33,581 bases of DNA, taken from the IMG/VR virus record IMGVR_UViG_3300046368_001116, positions 1 through 33,581 of that record, one strand, 5' to 3'. Positions 1-8,493 of this stretch are shown here, one piece after another; within the stretch, counting starts at the first letter, position 1, and every line of letters starts with the position of its first letter. Both the position numbers and the translations under genes were made by a program. The notes beneath the pieces were generated by a model that searched no databases, was not told the origin of the DNA, and saw only the letters and a list, made by a program, of their open reading frames with translations. This DNA is from a virus (taxonomy: Duplodnaviria > Caudoviricetes).

Positions 1-1
1 G

Positions 2-2185
2 TTGGGTAATCTTATGCCCAGTCTAGACTATATGCATAAATCAGGAGGCATTATTTTACCTGATGGTTCGTTCATAAAAAAGCATACCGAGCATAACATA
101 GACTTATTTGACTGGATTGAAAATAATTCAAAACATCCATTTGCTGAGAAGATGAAAAAGGCAGAGGAGGACCACAATGAAAAGTATGGCGAGGAGGAAG
201 GTTTTCATGTCTTGGAAGCAGGTTTAAATGCAGGGGCAATTAGAGTCGCCAGGGATAGCCCAAATTCTAAAAATATTTACATTCAATCCAGTGGAGAAAT
301 TCCTGGCAGACTGAAGAGGGAATTAATTGACCAGGCTATGATGACAGGTGATACCTTGATCCAGGACCGAGGGCCACGGGAACAGATAATATTTGAACCT
401 GGTAACCCTGACATAAGGTTCATGCCTGCAACAGGGCAGAAGATGCAGACCAAGTTCCGTAGGGATGGATGGTTACTGGCAGATGGTGAATTTATTGATG
501 CACAATTTAATGACCATGATGGAACACTAAACACTTTTGTAAAAAAGAATCCTGATCATCCGTTCGCTAAAAAAGTAACTGCTATTGCAGAAGGAAAGGA
601 AAGAAGAACATCCAGGGGAACAAAAGTAAAACCTAAGAAATTTAGGGCATTTAGGGAAGACGGGATCCAGGCAGGGGCAATTAGAATTGCCAATCACGAA
701 AGAAATATTCACATCGAGGGTAAACCTAACAGGACCCAAAGGGAACTAATTGAAACACTTGCAGAGAATACTGGAAGAAAGGTTTTCACTGAAGATAGTA
801 TTTACTACAGACTGGGTGTTCCCCAGGAAGATGGTAAATTATTCTATGACCCTCCTGGTAACCCTGATATTAGGTTCATGCCCTTACTAAACCTGCCAGG
901 GGACAAGAGTGTGCAGTATAAGAAGAATAAGAACATTATTGATGTAGTGTTTAAGGATGCTACAGGGCTACAGGATAAGTTTGTAACAATGGTTGAAGCA
1001 GACAGGCATGATACTGATGGTGTTCGCATGGGTGGACCCTTACACGCATTCCTGAAGAGCAATGATGTAATTGTCACAATTGACGGGGTTGATTTTAGAC
1101 CCCAATGGGCAAACCTAAAGTGGTCTACAATTAAAGGTATGATTGAACGGGTTAAACTTACTGATGATGGTCATGCACTGATTCAGATAATGGAAAAGGA
1201 AACCCATCGTTCAAATAAAGATATGTTTTCCAGGGTGCTTGGGTCTTTCCAGGATAACAGGAAAAATATGTCTGTCCTGGAACGGGAAGTTACTGCCAAT
1301 ATTTTACGGATACTGAGGAAGAGGTTTACCAAAAGTAAACCTAATGCTCAGGAAAATGCCTTCCTGAAAGACATGACTCAGTATAAGACTAAACTTACAC
1401 GGGGTAATGTTGATGAAGCAAATAAGATACTTGCTGACATTAAAAAGAATTATGGAAAAACTAAATGGTGGAATGACAAGGAAGTAAAATCCTTTGCAAA
1501 AGATTTTACTAAAGCATTTACAGATTCATCTTTTAAGGCCAGGGCAGAAATAACTAGTTACTTTTTACCCAGGGATGAAAATTCTGCCAGGATGCCATTT
1601 ATTCCTGACATTAGAAAATTGCTAAAGTCTGAAATGGATTATCATGGGGCTAAGGCAGGGGATGTTGTGGGGGTTGTCCAATTATCTAAGCATAACCTAA
1701 ATAATAAGAAGAGGGTGTTTGGTGTTTATTTTGGTGATGACCCCAAAGAATTTGCTAGAATGACTGACAATGAAAAGTTAGCTAGAAAGAAATTACTTGC
1801 TAACAAGAAATTCAGGGCACACCCGTCTTACGATTGGTTAATGCTTGGTCCAGGTGATGCAGACTTTTTTATGTTTGATAAACCTAAGAATGCAGTGCAA
1901 ATGGCACCTGACTTTGCAAAGAACCATGCTAAGTTATGGAAACAGGATGTTGCTAAATTGAAGAGCGAAACAATTAAGAAGTATGGAACTACTAAACAGG
2001 ATCCTGAAGACTTTAGTGTTACCCCTGACATAAAACAACGGACTGAAAGGTTTAAAGGCATTGATAAATTCCTAAAGGAAAGTAGTAAAAAACCATTGTA
2101 TGATCAGTCAGAATCTAATATACAAGGTGCTATGCTAAGAGGGCATAAACGGGGTGTTCCACAACTTACCCAATTCTTAAAATGA
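2..2185 (+). CDS. C-terminal part of a large multidomain (polyvalent/ejection-like) phage protein, 5'-truncated
   Basis: 727-aa ORF open from the window edge; two ~150-aa related modules, each ending in PGNPDIRFMP, resembling DIRF/YS linkers of phage polyvalent proteins. Confidence 0.6.
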   Translation: MGNLMPSLDYMHKSGGIILPDGSFIKKHTEHNIDLFDWIENNSKHPFAEKMKKAEEDHNEKYGEEEGFHVLEAGLNAGAIRVARDSPNSKNIYIQSSGEIPGRLKRELIDQAMMTGDTLIQDRGPREQIIFEPGNPDIRFMPATGQKMQTKFRRDGWLLADGEFIDAQFNDHDGTLNTFVKKNPDHPFAKKVTAIAEGKERRTSRGTKVKPKKFRAFREDGIQAGAIRIANHERNIHIEGKPNRTQRELIETLAENTGRKVFTEDSIYYRLGVPQEDGKLFYDPPGNPDIRFMPLLNLPGDKSVQYKKNKNIIDVVFKDATGLQDKFVTMVEADRHDTDGVRMGGPLHAFLKSNDVIVTIDGVDFRPQWANLKWSTIKGMIERVKLTDDGHALIQIMEKETHRSNKDMFSRVLGSFQDNRKNMSVLEREVTANILRILRKRFTKSKPNAQENAFLKDMTQYKTKLTRGNVDEANKILADIKKNYGKTKWWNDKEVKSFAKDFTKAFTDSSFKARAEITSYFLPRDENSARMPFIPDIRKLLKSEMDYHGAKAGDVVGVVQLSKHNLNNKKRVFGVYFGDDPKEFARMTDNEKLARKKLLANKKFRAHPSYDWLMLGPGDADFFMFDKPKNAVQMAPDFAKNHAKLWKQDVAKLKSETIKKYGTTKQDPEDFSVTPDIKQRTERFKGIDKFLKESSKKPLYDQSESNIQGAMLRGHKRGVPQLTQFLK

Positions 2186-2421
2186 AACTCCATAAAATAA
2201 TTCTTACAGACGAAACAATTGACATACCAGGTTACGAGGAAAGACCCTGGAATGATCTTACTTTTTTCTTCGATCCAACCAGGGCAAGTGTTGAAGAAGT
2301 TGAAGAATTGGTAAGGCTAACTGAAGAGGATAATGTGGAGGAAAATGACAACCTGGAAACAATCAGGAGGAAGTGTGATTGGTTCCCTGACACCAGTGCT
2401 TTGGATCTGTCAGAAAGCTGA
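2182..2421 (+). CDS. acidic hypothetical protein
   Basis: 79 aa; ATGA overlap with the upstream stop. Confidence 0.7.
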   Translation: MKLHKIILTDETIDIPGYEERPWNDLTFFFDPTRASVEEVEELVRLTEEDNVEENDNLETIRRKCDWFPDTSALDLSES

Positions 2422-2426
2422 CAGAT
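2405..2426. terminator. perfect hairpin ATCTGTCAG-AAAG-CTGACAGAT over the stop codon
   Basis: 9-bp perfect inverted repeat; no U-tract, so the function is uncertain. Confidence 0.4.
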
Positions 2427-2428
2427 AA

Positions 2429-2456
2429 TGTCCACTCCTGTCCACTCTTGTCCACT
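2429..2456 (+). repeat. 3x TGTCCACT at 10-bp period, putative integrase arm-type sites
   Basis: copies at 2429, 2439 and 2449, about 55 bp from the att core. Confidence 0.65.
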
Positions 2457-2509
2457 TAAACCCCTGATGAAACCTACAAACCCTCTGTTTGACAGGGGTT
2501 GAACCTTCT

Positions 2510-2547
2510 TTAAAAGGCCACTGCTCTACCGATTGAGCTACCGACCC
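2510..2547 (-). other. attP: 5' half (nt 1-38) of tRNA-Lys(UUU)
   Basis: reverse complement GGGTCGG TA GCTC AATCGGTA GAGC A GTGGC CTTTTAA fits tRNA numbering 1-38 with anticodon TTT; similarity stops at the end of the anticodon loop; integrase ~1 kb away. Confidence 0.85.
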
Positions 2548-2558
2548 ATCTCTGTTGG

Positions 2559-2571
2559 AACCAACGACTTG
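2559..2571 (+). promoter_or_regulatory. IHF-like site
   Basis: AACCAACGACTTG vs consensus WATCAANNNNTTR, one mismatch, next to the att core. Confidence 0.35.
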
Positions 2572-2603
2572 TGCCATTTTGAAAAACTTTTATTAAAAAA
2601 GTT

Positions 2604-2620
2604 TGTCAATTCAGTTGACA
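2604..2620. promoter_or_regulatory. back-to-back -35 boxes TGTCAA-N5-TTGACA (divergent promoters or operator)
   Basis: two perfect TTGACA in inverted orientation; no canonical -10 at 17 bp on either side. Confidence 0.4.
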
Positions 2621-2704
2621 GAAGGGCAGATATATCTGACACTTTGTCTGACAGAGGGCATTGGTCCAATTTAAATAACATAACCCACATATACCAAAAA
2701 AACT

Positions 2705-2980
2705 ATGAGCGACAATCTTAAAAATAAATTTACAATTAATGCTATTGCAGACTTTCAAAAAACATTCAGTGAGGAAGTTATTGGGGACCATGAAACTCAA
2801 CTTGAAATGGGTGAAACTGAAGCTACTTATTTGACTGGACTAAACTGGGGGTTGAGAATTGCAAAACAACTTTTAGAAGGCGAAAACCATTTGTTAGTTG
2901 AGAGAGAAACTACTCGCATGAAAACAAGAATATACGAGGCAGTAAAAAGAAACGAAGCTAAAGCCCCTTGTTCCATATAA
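2705..2980 (+). CDS. hypothetical early protein
   Basis: 91 aa, starts MSDNLK within a repeated leader. Confidence 0.75.
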   Translation: MSDNLKNKFTINAIADFQKTFSEEVIGDHETQLEMGETEATYLTGLNWGLRIAKQLLEGENHLLVERETTRMKTRIYEAVKRNEAKAPCSI

Positions 2981-3004
2981 TCTAACCCCCCAACTTTAAA
3001 AACT

Positions 3005-3301
3005 ATGAGCGACAATCTTAAAATTACTACCCTGGAGTCAGTTGGCTCAGGGATTGATACTAACGGAATGGTGTTCCCTCAGAACACTGATGACACATTT
3101 GACCTGGAAGATCCCATTTCCATATTCCAATGCACTGAAGAATTTCTTACTTCATTGTCCAGGGAAGATAAGGACAAGATTATTGATGTTCTTAATGACC
3201 ATGATTCCAACCTTGCGAGACAATTTCCTGATTATCAGAGAACCTGGTTCTTCTTAGCAGGGGGATTAATCCAACCCGTTGAGTCCTTTTCCCAACTTTA
3301 A
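3005..3301 (+). CDS. hypothetical early protein
   Basis: 98 aa, starts MSDNLK within a repeated leader. Confidence 0.75.
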   Translation: MSDNLKITTLESVGSGIDTNGMVFPQNTDDTFDLEDPISIFQCTEEFLTSLSREDKDKIIDVLNDHDSNLARQFPDYQRTWFFLAGGLIQPVESFSQL

Positions 3302-3306
3302 AAACT

Positions 3307-3564
3307 ATGAACATATTAGTAAAACCCTTCAAAACCCCTAATGGACCAAGGTGGATCCTCTTTACAGGAAATGACAAGACCATGTTTCTAAATGCTACAG
3401 GTGAACCTGTTTCCCTGGTGAGCGAAAATGTAAAAATTTGCACAACCAGGGCAGAGGCAAATCGTCATGCTTTAGAATTGGCAAAAGTTGTTTCGATAAA
3501 ATCAATTAAGTCCGATTATAACGGGTCACTACAAGATATTTACTACAAAAACTCAAAAAACTAA
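3307..3564 (+). CDS. hypothetical early protein
   Basis: 85 aa, repeated leader, TAATG coupling to the integrase. Confidence 0.75.
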   Translation: MNILVKPFKTPNGPRWILFTGNDKTMFLNATGEPVSLVSENVKICTTRAEANRHALELAKVVSIKSIKSDYNGSLQDIYYKNSKN

Positions 3565-4874
3565 TGACTACTTGGCAAGCAAAATTACAACCCCGTCTCA
3601 TCGGGAATTATTGGTCAATCCAGGGTTCCGTCCCCGTTTTAGGACGGGTACGGAAACAATACCCTGATCAAGAAACTGCAAACCTGGAATCTGAGAAGAT
3701 GATTACCCAGGTGAGTAATAAAATTGCAGGGGCAGAGATTCGTGAAACCCTGCTTACCAAGAGTGAGGAAGCAGATGCTCACACTGCATTGAAGATCCTT
3801 CAATCAAGTCCTGATATGCAAGGGTTAAACTTAACTGGTCTTTTAAATTGGGCAGTTTCTAATTATCGTGACGAGGCAAGCGAGAGAACTATCGAGGTTG
3901 CAAGTAAGGAATACATTGCCGAATTGGGGACCCTGAAAAGGTCCAAGACCCATATTGACGGGGTCACAAACAAACTAACCAAGTTAGCTAATTGGTTCCC
4001 TGGTAAAAAAGTTTCAGAGTTTACACCTGAGAACATTCGCCAATGGATTAGTGACACAAAGGGTGACTACGGGCCATTTGCAGGCAGGGTTGTTTCCAGG
4101 ACCACTAGGACCAACGAACGCACAAAATTGAAAGCTTTTTTTAATTGGTGTAAGGCAAGAAAATACCTGCAAGAAACTCCAGTAGATGATTCAGTAAAAT
4201 CACCAGGCATTCAACGGGCAGAAATTATCGCCCTGGATATTGACCAGGTAAAAACTTTTATGACCATAGTAGATAGTCTACCCAAGCATTTAAGGGACGA
4301 GGCAGTGCCTTACTTTGCCCTGTCATTATTTGCAGGCCTTCGTCCCCAGGAGTTAAGGCCCGTTGATGGTAGCAATGGAGTTGACTGGTCAGACTTTACC
4401 TGGAGAAAGAAGGAAAGTACCCTGGTCATCAGTTACGAAGTGGGCAAAGTTACTTCCAGGAGGGTTATCAAACTGCCTGACAATTGTGTTGCCTGGGTAA
4501 AACCTTTTGCCAAGGAGTCAGGACCCGTTGTGGCATCCTCTTACGCATCCTGGAGAGGCATTAAGGATTATGTTAGGGCCAGGGCAGGGTATAAAGTTTA
4601 CGGAAAGCATTTCACCCATATTGACTATGATTTATCAAAGGTATCAAATGATGAGTCCCGTCCAAAGTATGTTGCAGATGTGCTACGGCACACTGCCATT
4701 AGTTATTACCTGGAATCTAATGACAATAACAAGGACCTGGTTGCCAATTGGGCAGGTAATTCAAGTAAAGTTATTGATGAGCATTATCGCTCATTGATTA
4801 AAGGTACTAAAGAAATATCACCATCAAAGATGGTTGAAATATTTTGGTCTATTAAACCTATGCGAACCAAATAA
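3564..4874 (+). CDS. int: tyrosine recombinase / phage integrase
   Basis: core-binding LKAFFNWC; LFAGLRPQEL, DVLRHTAISY, AGNS and HYR motifs. Confidence 0.92.
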   Translation: MTTWQAKLQPRLIGNYWSIQGSVPVLGRVRKQYPDQETANLESEKMITQVSNKIAGAEIRETLLTKSEEADAHTALKILQSSPDMQGLNLTGLLNWAVSNYRDEASERTIEVASKEYIAELGTLKRSKTHIDGVTNKLTKLANWFPGKKVSEFTPENIRQWISDTKGDYGPFAGRVVSRTTRTNERTKLKAFFNWCKARKYLQETPVDDSVKSPGIQRAEIIALDIDQVKTFMTIVDSLPKHLRDEAVPYFALSLFAGLRPQELRPVDGSNGVDWSDFTWRKKESTLVISYEVGKVTSRRVIKLPDNCVAWVKPFAKESGPVVASSYASWRGIKDYVRARAGYKVYGKHFTHIDYDLSKVSNDESRPKYVADVLRHTAISYYLESNDNNKDLVANWAGNSSKVIDEHYRSLIKGTKEISPSKMVEIFWSIKPMRTK

Positions 4875-4929
4875 CCTATGATACAATAATGGCAGATTTA
4901 ATTTAATTTAGTCATTAAGTTTCCTTTCT

Positions 4930-5106
4930 TCAAAAGCCCTGGTCAGTCCTCGATATTCTGACCAGGGCTTTTTTGTCGGATCTTTCTAGGATGCCCTGGA
5001 GGAACTTAATATAAGAATCTCTCAATCGGTCTTTTAATATATCTTGTTTGCAGATCTTCAGGGCCTTCATAAAGTTGGCCCCTTTTTTTCGTTCATCTTT
5101 TCTCAT
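4930..5106 (-). CDS. basic hypothetical protein
   Basis: likely start MRKDERK at 5106, ATGA-coupled. Confidence 0.55.
   Translation of the reverse strand: MRKDERKKGANFMKALKICKQDILKDRLRDSYIKFLQGILERSDKKALVRISRTDQGF
4932..4974. terminator. bidirectional intrinsic terminator
   Basis: 15-bp perfect IR AAAAGCCCTGGTCAG...CTGACCAGGGCTTTT with T-run, at the convergence of int and the left arm. Confidence 0.75.
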
Positions 5107-5327
5107 CCATAACCATTGTGAACCAGGCAATCGATGACCCTGTCAAATGTCTGCTTAGTTCCATCCCAACCTGGCCTGCCCTTCATCTCATCCAGGATGC
5201 TTTGAAGGGTTTCAATATCCTGGTCACATTGTTGGTCCCTGTCTAATTCAGGGGGAGGTTCCATCGGACAATCATGGGCCTGGTCCAGGCAATCATATTG
5301 CTTGTCTGAAAACTGGTCTATGCTCAT
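5103..5327 (-). CDS. hypothetical protein
   Basis: TAATG-coupled start MSIDQF. Confidence 0.6.
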   Translation of the reverse strand: MSIDQFSDKQYDCLDQAHDCPMEPPPELDRDQQCDQDIETLQSILDEMKGRPGWDGTKQTFDRVIDCLVHNGYG

Positions 5328-5548
5328 TAGTCCAGGCAATCTATTGATTCAATGATAACGGCAGGGCCTGCAATAGGAACCCCTGCCAGGGCAGATGCTT
5401 CCTTGTTAGGCATCTTGCCCTTCAGCTTGGCATCTTCGTCAACAATCAATTGATTCCCGTTGCCCAGGGCAACCAGTGTAATATACCCTCCCACTTTTTT
5501 CTGCAGTGCTTCCAGGGTAGTTTTTTCTTTTATAATTTCTATACTCAT
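5327..5548 (-). CDS. DUF3846-like phage protein
   Basis: LEALQKKVGGYI...IVDEDAKLKG..N..AS...IAGPAVI pattern. Confidence 0.75.
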   Translation of the reverse strand: MSIEIIKEKTTLEALQKKVGGYITLVALGNGNQLIVDEDAKLKGKMPNKEASALAGVPIAGPAVIIESIDCLD

Positions 5549-5742
5549 AATCTTTTTTTGTAGTTCAATTCATTAATTAATTTTTTAACATCCAGTGACC
5601 TGTAACGAATGGATCTGCCAATCTTTATGCAGGGCAACCTGCCTGCCTGCTCCCATCTTCTGATTGTCCTGGTGCAGACTCCTAATAAGTCTGCAACCTG
5701 GACCCTTCTCATTAAAATGGGTTCTAACTTAATTCCCTCCAT
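5545..5742 (-). CDS. excisionase-like HTH (HTH_17/MerR-type)
   Basis: VADLLGVCTRTIRRWEQAGRLPCIKIGRSIRY. Confidence 0.85.
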   Translation of the reverse strand: MEGIKLEPILMRRVQVADLLGVCTRTIRRWEQAGRLPCIKIGRSIRYRSLDVKKLINELNYKKRL

Positions 5743-5948
5743 AATATTGTATTGTCTCCTTTTCGTAATTTTTTTAATGCCTGGTTCTCAATTTGCCTGA
5801 CCCTTTCCTTTGTAAGTTGGCAATAGTCAGCAATTGCCTGGTAAGAATAAGTTTCCATTGGCTTCTTATTTATTACCATTTCCCTCAGTTTGATATTGGT
5901 CAGTTCTATTCTTTCCAGGCCTTTCAATTTATGCTTTTGTTTCTTCAT
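5724..5948 (-). CDS. stand-alone sigma-70 region-4 HTH protein
   Basis: YSYQAIADYCQLTKERVRQIENQALKKLR matches sigma region 4.2. Confidence 0.85.
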   Translation of the reverse strand: MKKQKHKLKGLERIELTNIKLREMVINKKPMETYSYQAIADYCQLTKERVRQIENQALKKLRKGDNTILWRELS

Positions 5949-6841
5949 GTGGTATACCTTTTAAATTCCACTGGTAAATCACTGCCTGTAATTAAAGGGG
6001 GAATCATTTTGACTGAACGGGCCTTCACCTGGGGCATGGATCTGCCTGTTACTTCCATGATGGCATGGTAGGGTTCATTGTGATGTGACAAGGTCAACAG
6101 GGAGTCAGGGAACCTTGAAAAAGCCCCTGCCCCTGATGACCTGTCAATATGACTTTCCCTTCCCATATTACCCTTTCGATAATGATGTGACAGAAGAAGT
6201 GCAGATCCAGTTTGTTTAGTTATCCCCTGCAGTTCACGGAGCATTGCAGTGACTGCAGAGTTAGAGTTTTCGTCAAATTCTCCACCCCCTTCCAACATAT
6301 ATATAGGGTCAATAAATATCGCATCCATTGGAGGCAGATCTGCCAACCTGGCTTGCAACACTTCTATCAGTGTTTCCATATCGTAAACACAGGAACGCAG
6401 GGACCATAGGTATAGATCTTCAGGCACCTGCTTCAGACCCTGGGACAAAGCAATTGACCAAAGTCTGTCCTGGGCATCATCCTTGTGCAGTTCCAGGTCA
6501 AGCATTAGGACCCTGCTCTTTGCTACTTCAAGGCCCAAGAATTTCTCCCCTGATGCCAGGGATGTTGCCAGGGTAGAATAGAACCAACTTTTTCCCATTT
6601 TACTGGGGGCAGTAAGCAGAACATTATCACCTACCCTAAACAAATTTTCCACCAGGGGTTTCCGTTTTACCAATTCATATTGAGGTGGAAATTCTGAACC
6701 AGGGATAATAGGGGGCAAACCTTCCGTCTCTGATGGATCCAGGTTTGGGTCCTTCCAGGTTTTTTCCTGTCTGTTAATGATGGGTCCCTGGCCTTTAGTT
6801 TGTTCCACCATGTCCTTCACGAAATTTATTGTGTCATCCAT
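5945..6841 (-). CDS. RepA-like SF4 helicase (AAA_25)
   Basis: Walker A APSKMGKS, Walker B IFIDP, HHYRKG, SGAGAF. Confidence 0.88.
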   Translation of the reverse strand: MDDTINFVKDMVEQTKGQGPIINRQEKTWKDPNLDPSETEGLPPIIPGSEFPPQYELVKRKPLVENLFRVGDNVLLTAPSKMGKSWFYSTLATSLASGEKFLGLEVAKSRVLMLDLELHKDDAQDRLWSIALSQGLKQVPEDLYLWSLRSCVYDMETLIEVLQARLADLPPMDAIFIDPIYMLEGGGEFDENSNSAVTAMLRELQGITKQTGSALLLSHHYRKGNMGRESHIDRSSGAGAFSRFPDSLLTLSHHNEPYHAIMEVTGRSMPQVKARSVKMIPPLITGSDLPVEFKRYTT

Positions 6842-7829
6842 AATATATTACCTTTTGTACTTTGTTATTATCTGTTCTTTTCCCCCAGGGCATACGGACC
6901 AATTGACTTGGTCTTAATGATGCTGAGTCTGCTCCCAACATGGTTGCCAGGTTAAGGAATTTATACACCTTTCTCTCTTCTTTTCCTTCCACCTGGAACC
7001 AGGCATGAAGTGATTTGTTTCCTGACCACACAATCATTCTTAGGGGCATATCCTTAGCCAACCTATCAATTAACCCTGCCTGAATGTCCCAGTTCCCTGC
7101 AATGTTAGGGTGATCAGATTCAAACACCACAAACTTCCTGGATAAAATGTTGTCCAGGCACCTTCCTCTGTCCAAACCCTTTAGGGGGTTGGGACAAATA
7201 TATTGGTAGGGTTCTGCTTGATCATCTGCTAGATAGGGCAACCAGTCTTCCCTGCTTTTAACATCCCTCCCGTTGAACACTTCTTTAGATAAATGAAGTA
7301 AAGTTTCAGCATCATATAATTTACACATAATATTGCACTGACTAGGTATTTCATCGGAACGGGAACGAAGGTCATCTATGTCCCCCCTGCATCCAAATTC
7401 ATTTATCAATTCATTGGATACTTTTCTCTTAGGTTTTACATACCTGGAGGGTTCCCCTGATGACTGGTACGAGTAATTAACTGCCCGTTCAATTTCCCCT
7501 GGTTCTAATTCCCTCCTGGTAACCTTCTCGGATGCCTTATGCATCATTTCAATGGCCTTTTCAGGAGGCACATTGCAGGAGTTTAAAATACCTGCCGTTT
7601 TTACAATTGATACATGGTAACCGAATCCTTCCCTATCCATGTTATCCAGTAGTTTTGCTAGTTTGTCATGGGGACTAGATCCCCTTTTTAATTTTGCCAT
7701 GTATTCACTTTCTAATTGTTGTTGCTTCCAATCCCAGGGGCAGTCGAAGTTGTTTTGCGTTGGGTCATCCCATAACCTTGCCAGGGCCAAACAAGTTTCT
7801 TCCTCAACTGAACTTTCTGAGTATTGCAT
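6834..7829 (-). CDS. AEP-superfamily primase
   Basis: VVFESD, WSGNKSLHAWF, LVRMPWG; adjacent to the helicase; start uncertain. Confidence 0.75.
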   Translation of the reverse strand: MQYSESSVEEETCLALARLWDDPTQNNFDCPWDWKQQQLESEYMAKLKRGSSPHDKLAKLLDNMDREGFGYHVSIVKTAGILNSCNVPPEKAIEMMHKASEKVTRRELEPGEIERAVNYSYQSSGEPSRYVKPKRKVSNELINEFGCRGDIDDLRSRSDEIPSQCNIMCKLYDAETLLHLSKEVFNGRDVKSREDWLPYLADDQAEPYQYICPNPLKGLDRGRCLDNILSRKFVVFESDHPNIAGNWDIQAGLIDRLAKDMPLRMIVWSGNKSLHAWFQVEGKEERKVYKFLNLATMLGADSASLRPSQLVRMPWGKRTDNNKVQKVIYYG

Positions 7830-8046
7830 TTAATTGCTTTATAGTTTTTTCCAGGGCAATTTTCCTTGACCCGTTAGACTCCATCCTGGCCCTATGCCAG
7901 GCCTGGAGTCTGTATATTTCATCTGCCAATTGCTCACATTTTATCTGATTTTCAGATTTAGTAATCTCGCAATGTCCACCCAGGGCCAAAACTTCCTGGG
8001 TATTTAGTTCAAGAGTTTGTTGTTTCTCGTCTTCCATAAAACTCAA
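7804..8046 (-). CDS. hypothetical protein
   Basis: 80 aa in a packed operon. Confidence 0.6.
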   Translation of the reverse strand: MSFMEDEKQQTLELNTQEVLALGGHCEITKSENQIKCEQLADEIYRLQAWHRARMESNGSRKIALEKTIKQLNAILRKFS

Positions 8047-8320
8047 CCTCCTGTTCAGGACACAAATTATTTATTTTAGTCTTAATTGCCTGAAGATAAA
8101 ACCACTGGTCAATCACCTCGTCTTCCAAGTCATTAATTTTTACATCAACGGGAAGCAGGCCCCCATGTTCCTGTTGGCCTTTGTCATATTTAGCCCTGGC
8201 TTTATTTAAGAATCGTTCCATCGATTCCTCACGAAACTTAGCAGATTCTATGAGTAAACTTTCCTTCTCGGCATCTTCCTTTTCGGCCTTGCCATGAGCC
8301 ACATTTTCCATCTCTTGCAT
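8009..8320 (-). CDS. phage protein, possibly MazG/dNTP-pyrophosphatase-like helical fold
   Basis: KYDKGQQEHG...LEDEVIDQWFY; true start probably downstream. Confidence 0.5.
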   Translation of the reverse strand: MQEMENVAHGKAEKEDAEKESLLIESAKFREESMERFLNKARAKYDKGQQEHGGLLPVDVKINDLEDEVIDQWFYLQAIKTKINNLCPEQEVEFYGRRETTNS

Positions 8321-8493
8321 AATTCTTCCCCTTCCATTTTAGTTTTGGCCGAAGTTGCCAGGGTGGGAAAAGTGTCCCCCCTGGCTAACCTCGGACCTAC
8401 GGGTTGTTCACCCATTACGGCATTCCAGTAGCGAACTTTGTACCTGGTCCCTTGTTGGACCAAAATTATTGTTTCCTCAAGATCGAGGGTCAT
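8248..8493 (-). CDS. hypothetical protein
   Basis: likely start MTLDLEE; fills the gap in the operon. Confidence 0.55.
   Translation of the reverse strand: MTLDLEETIILVQQGTRYKVRYWNAVMGEQPVGPRLARGDTFPTLATSAKTKMEGEELCKRWKMWLMARPKRKMPRRKVYS

Noticed and set aside
2470-2547. Complete tRNA-Lys gene
   Set aside because: There is no 3' anticodon stem or acceptor strand; the GGTTCAACCCC that follows is only loosely T-arm-like
2697-3310. CRISPR array
   Set aside because: The repeats are ~300 bp apart, include start codons and separate intact ORFs; no cas operon
5120-5341. CCAGGCAATC x3 (encoding DCL)
   Set aside because: Short, irregularly spaced and partly explained by CCWGG enrichment
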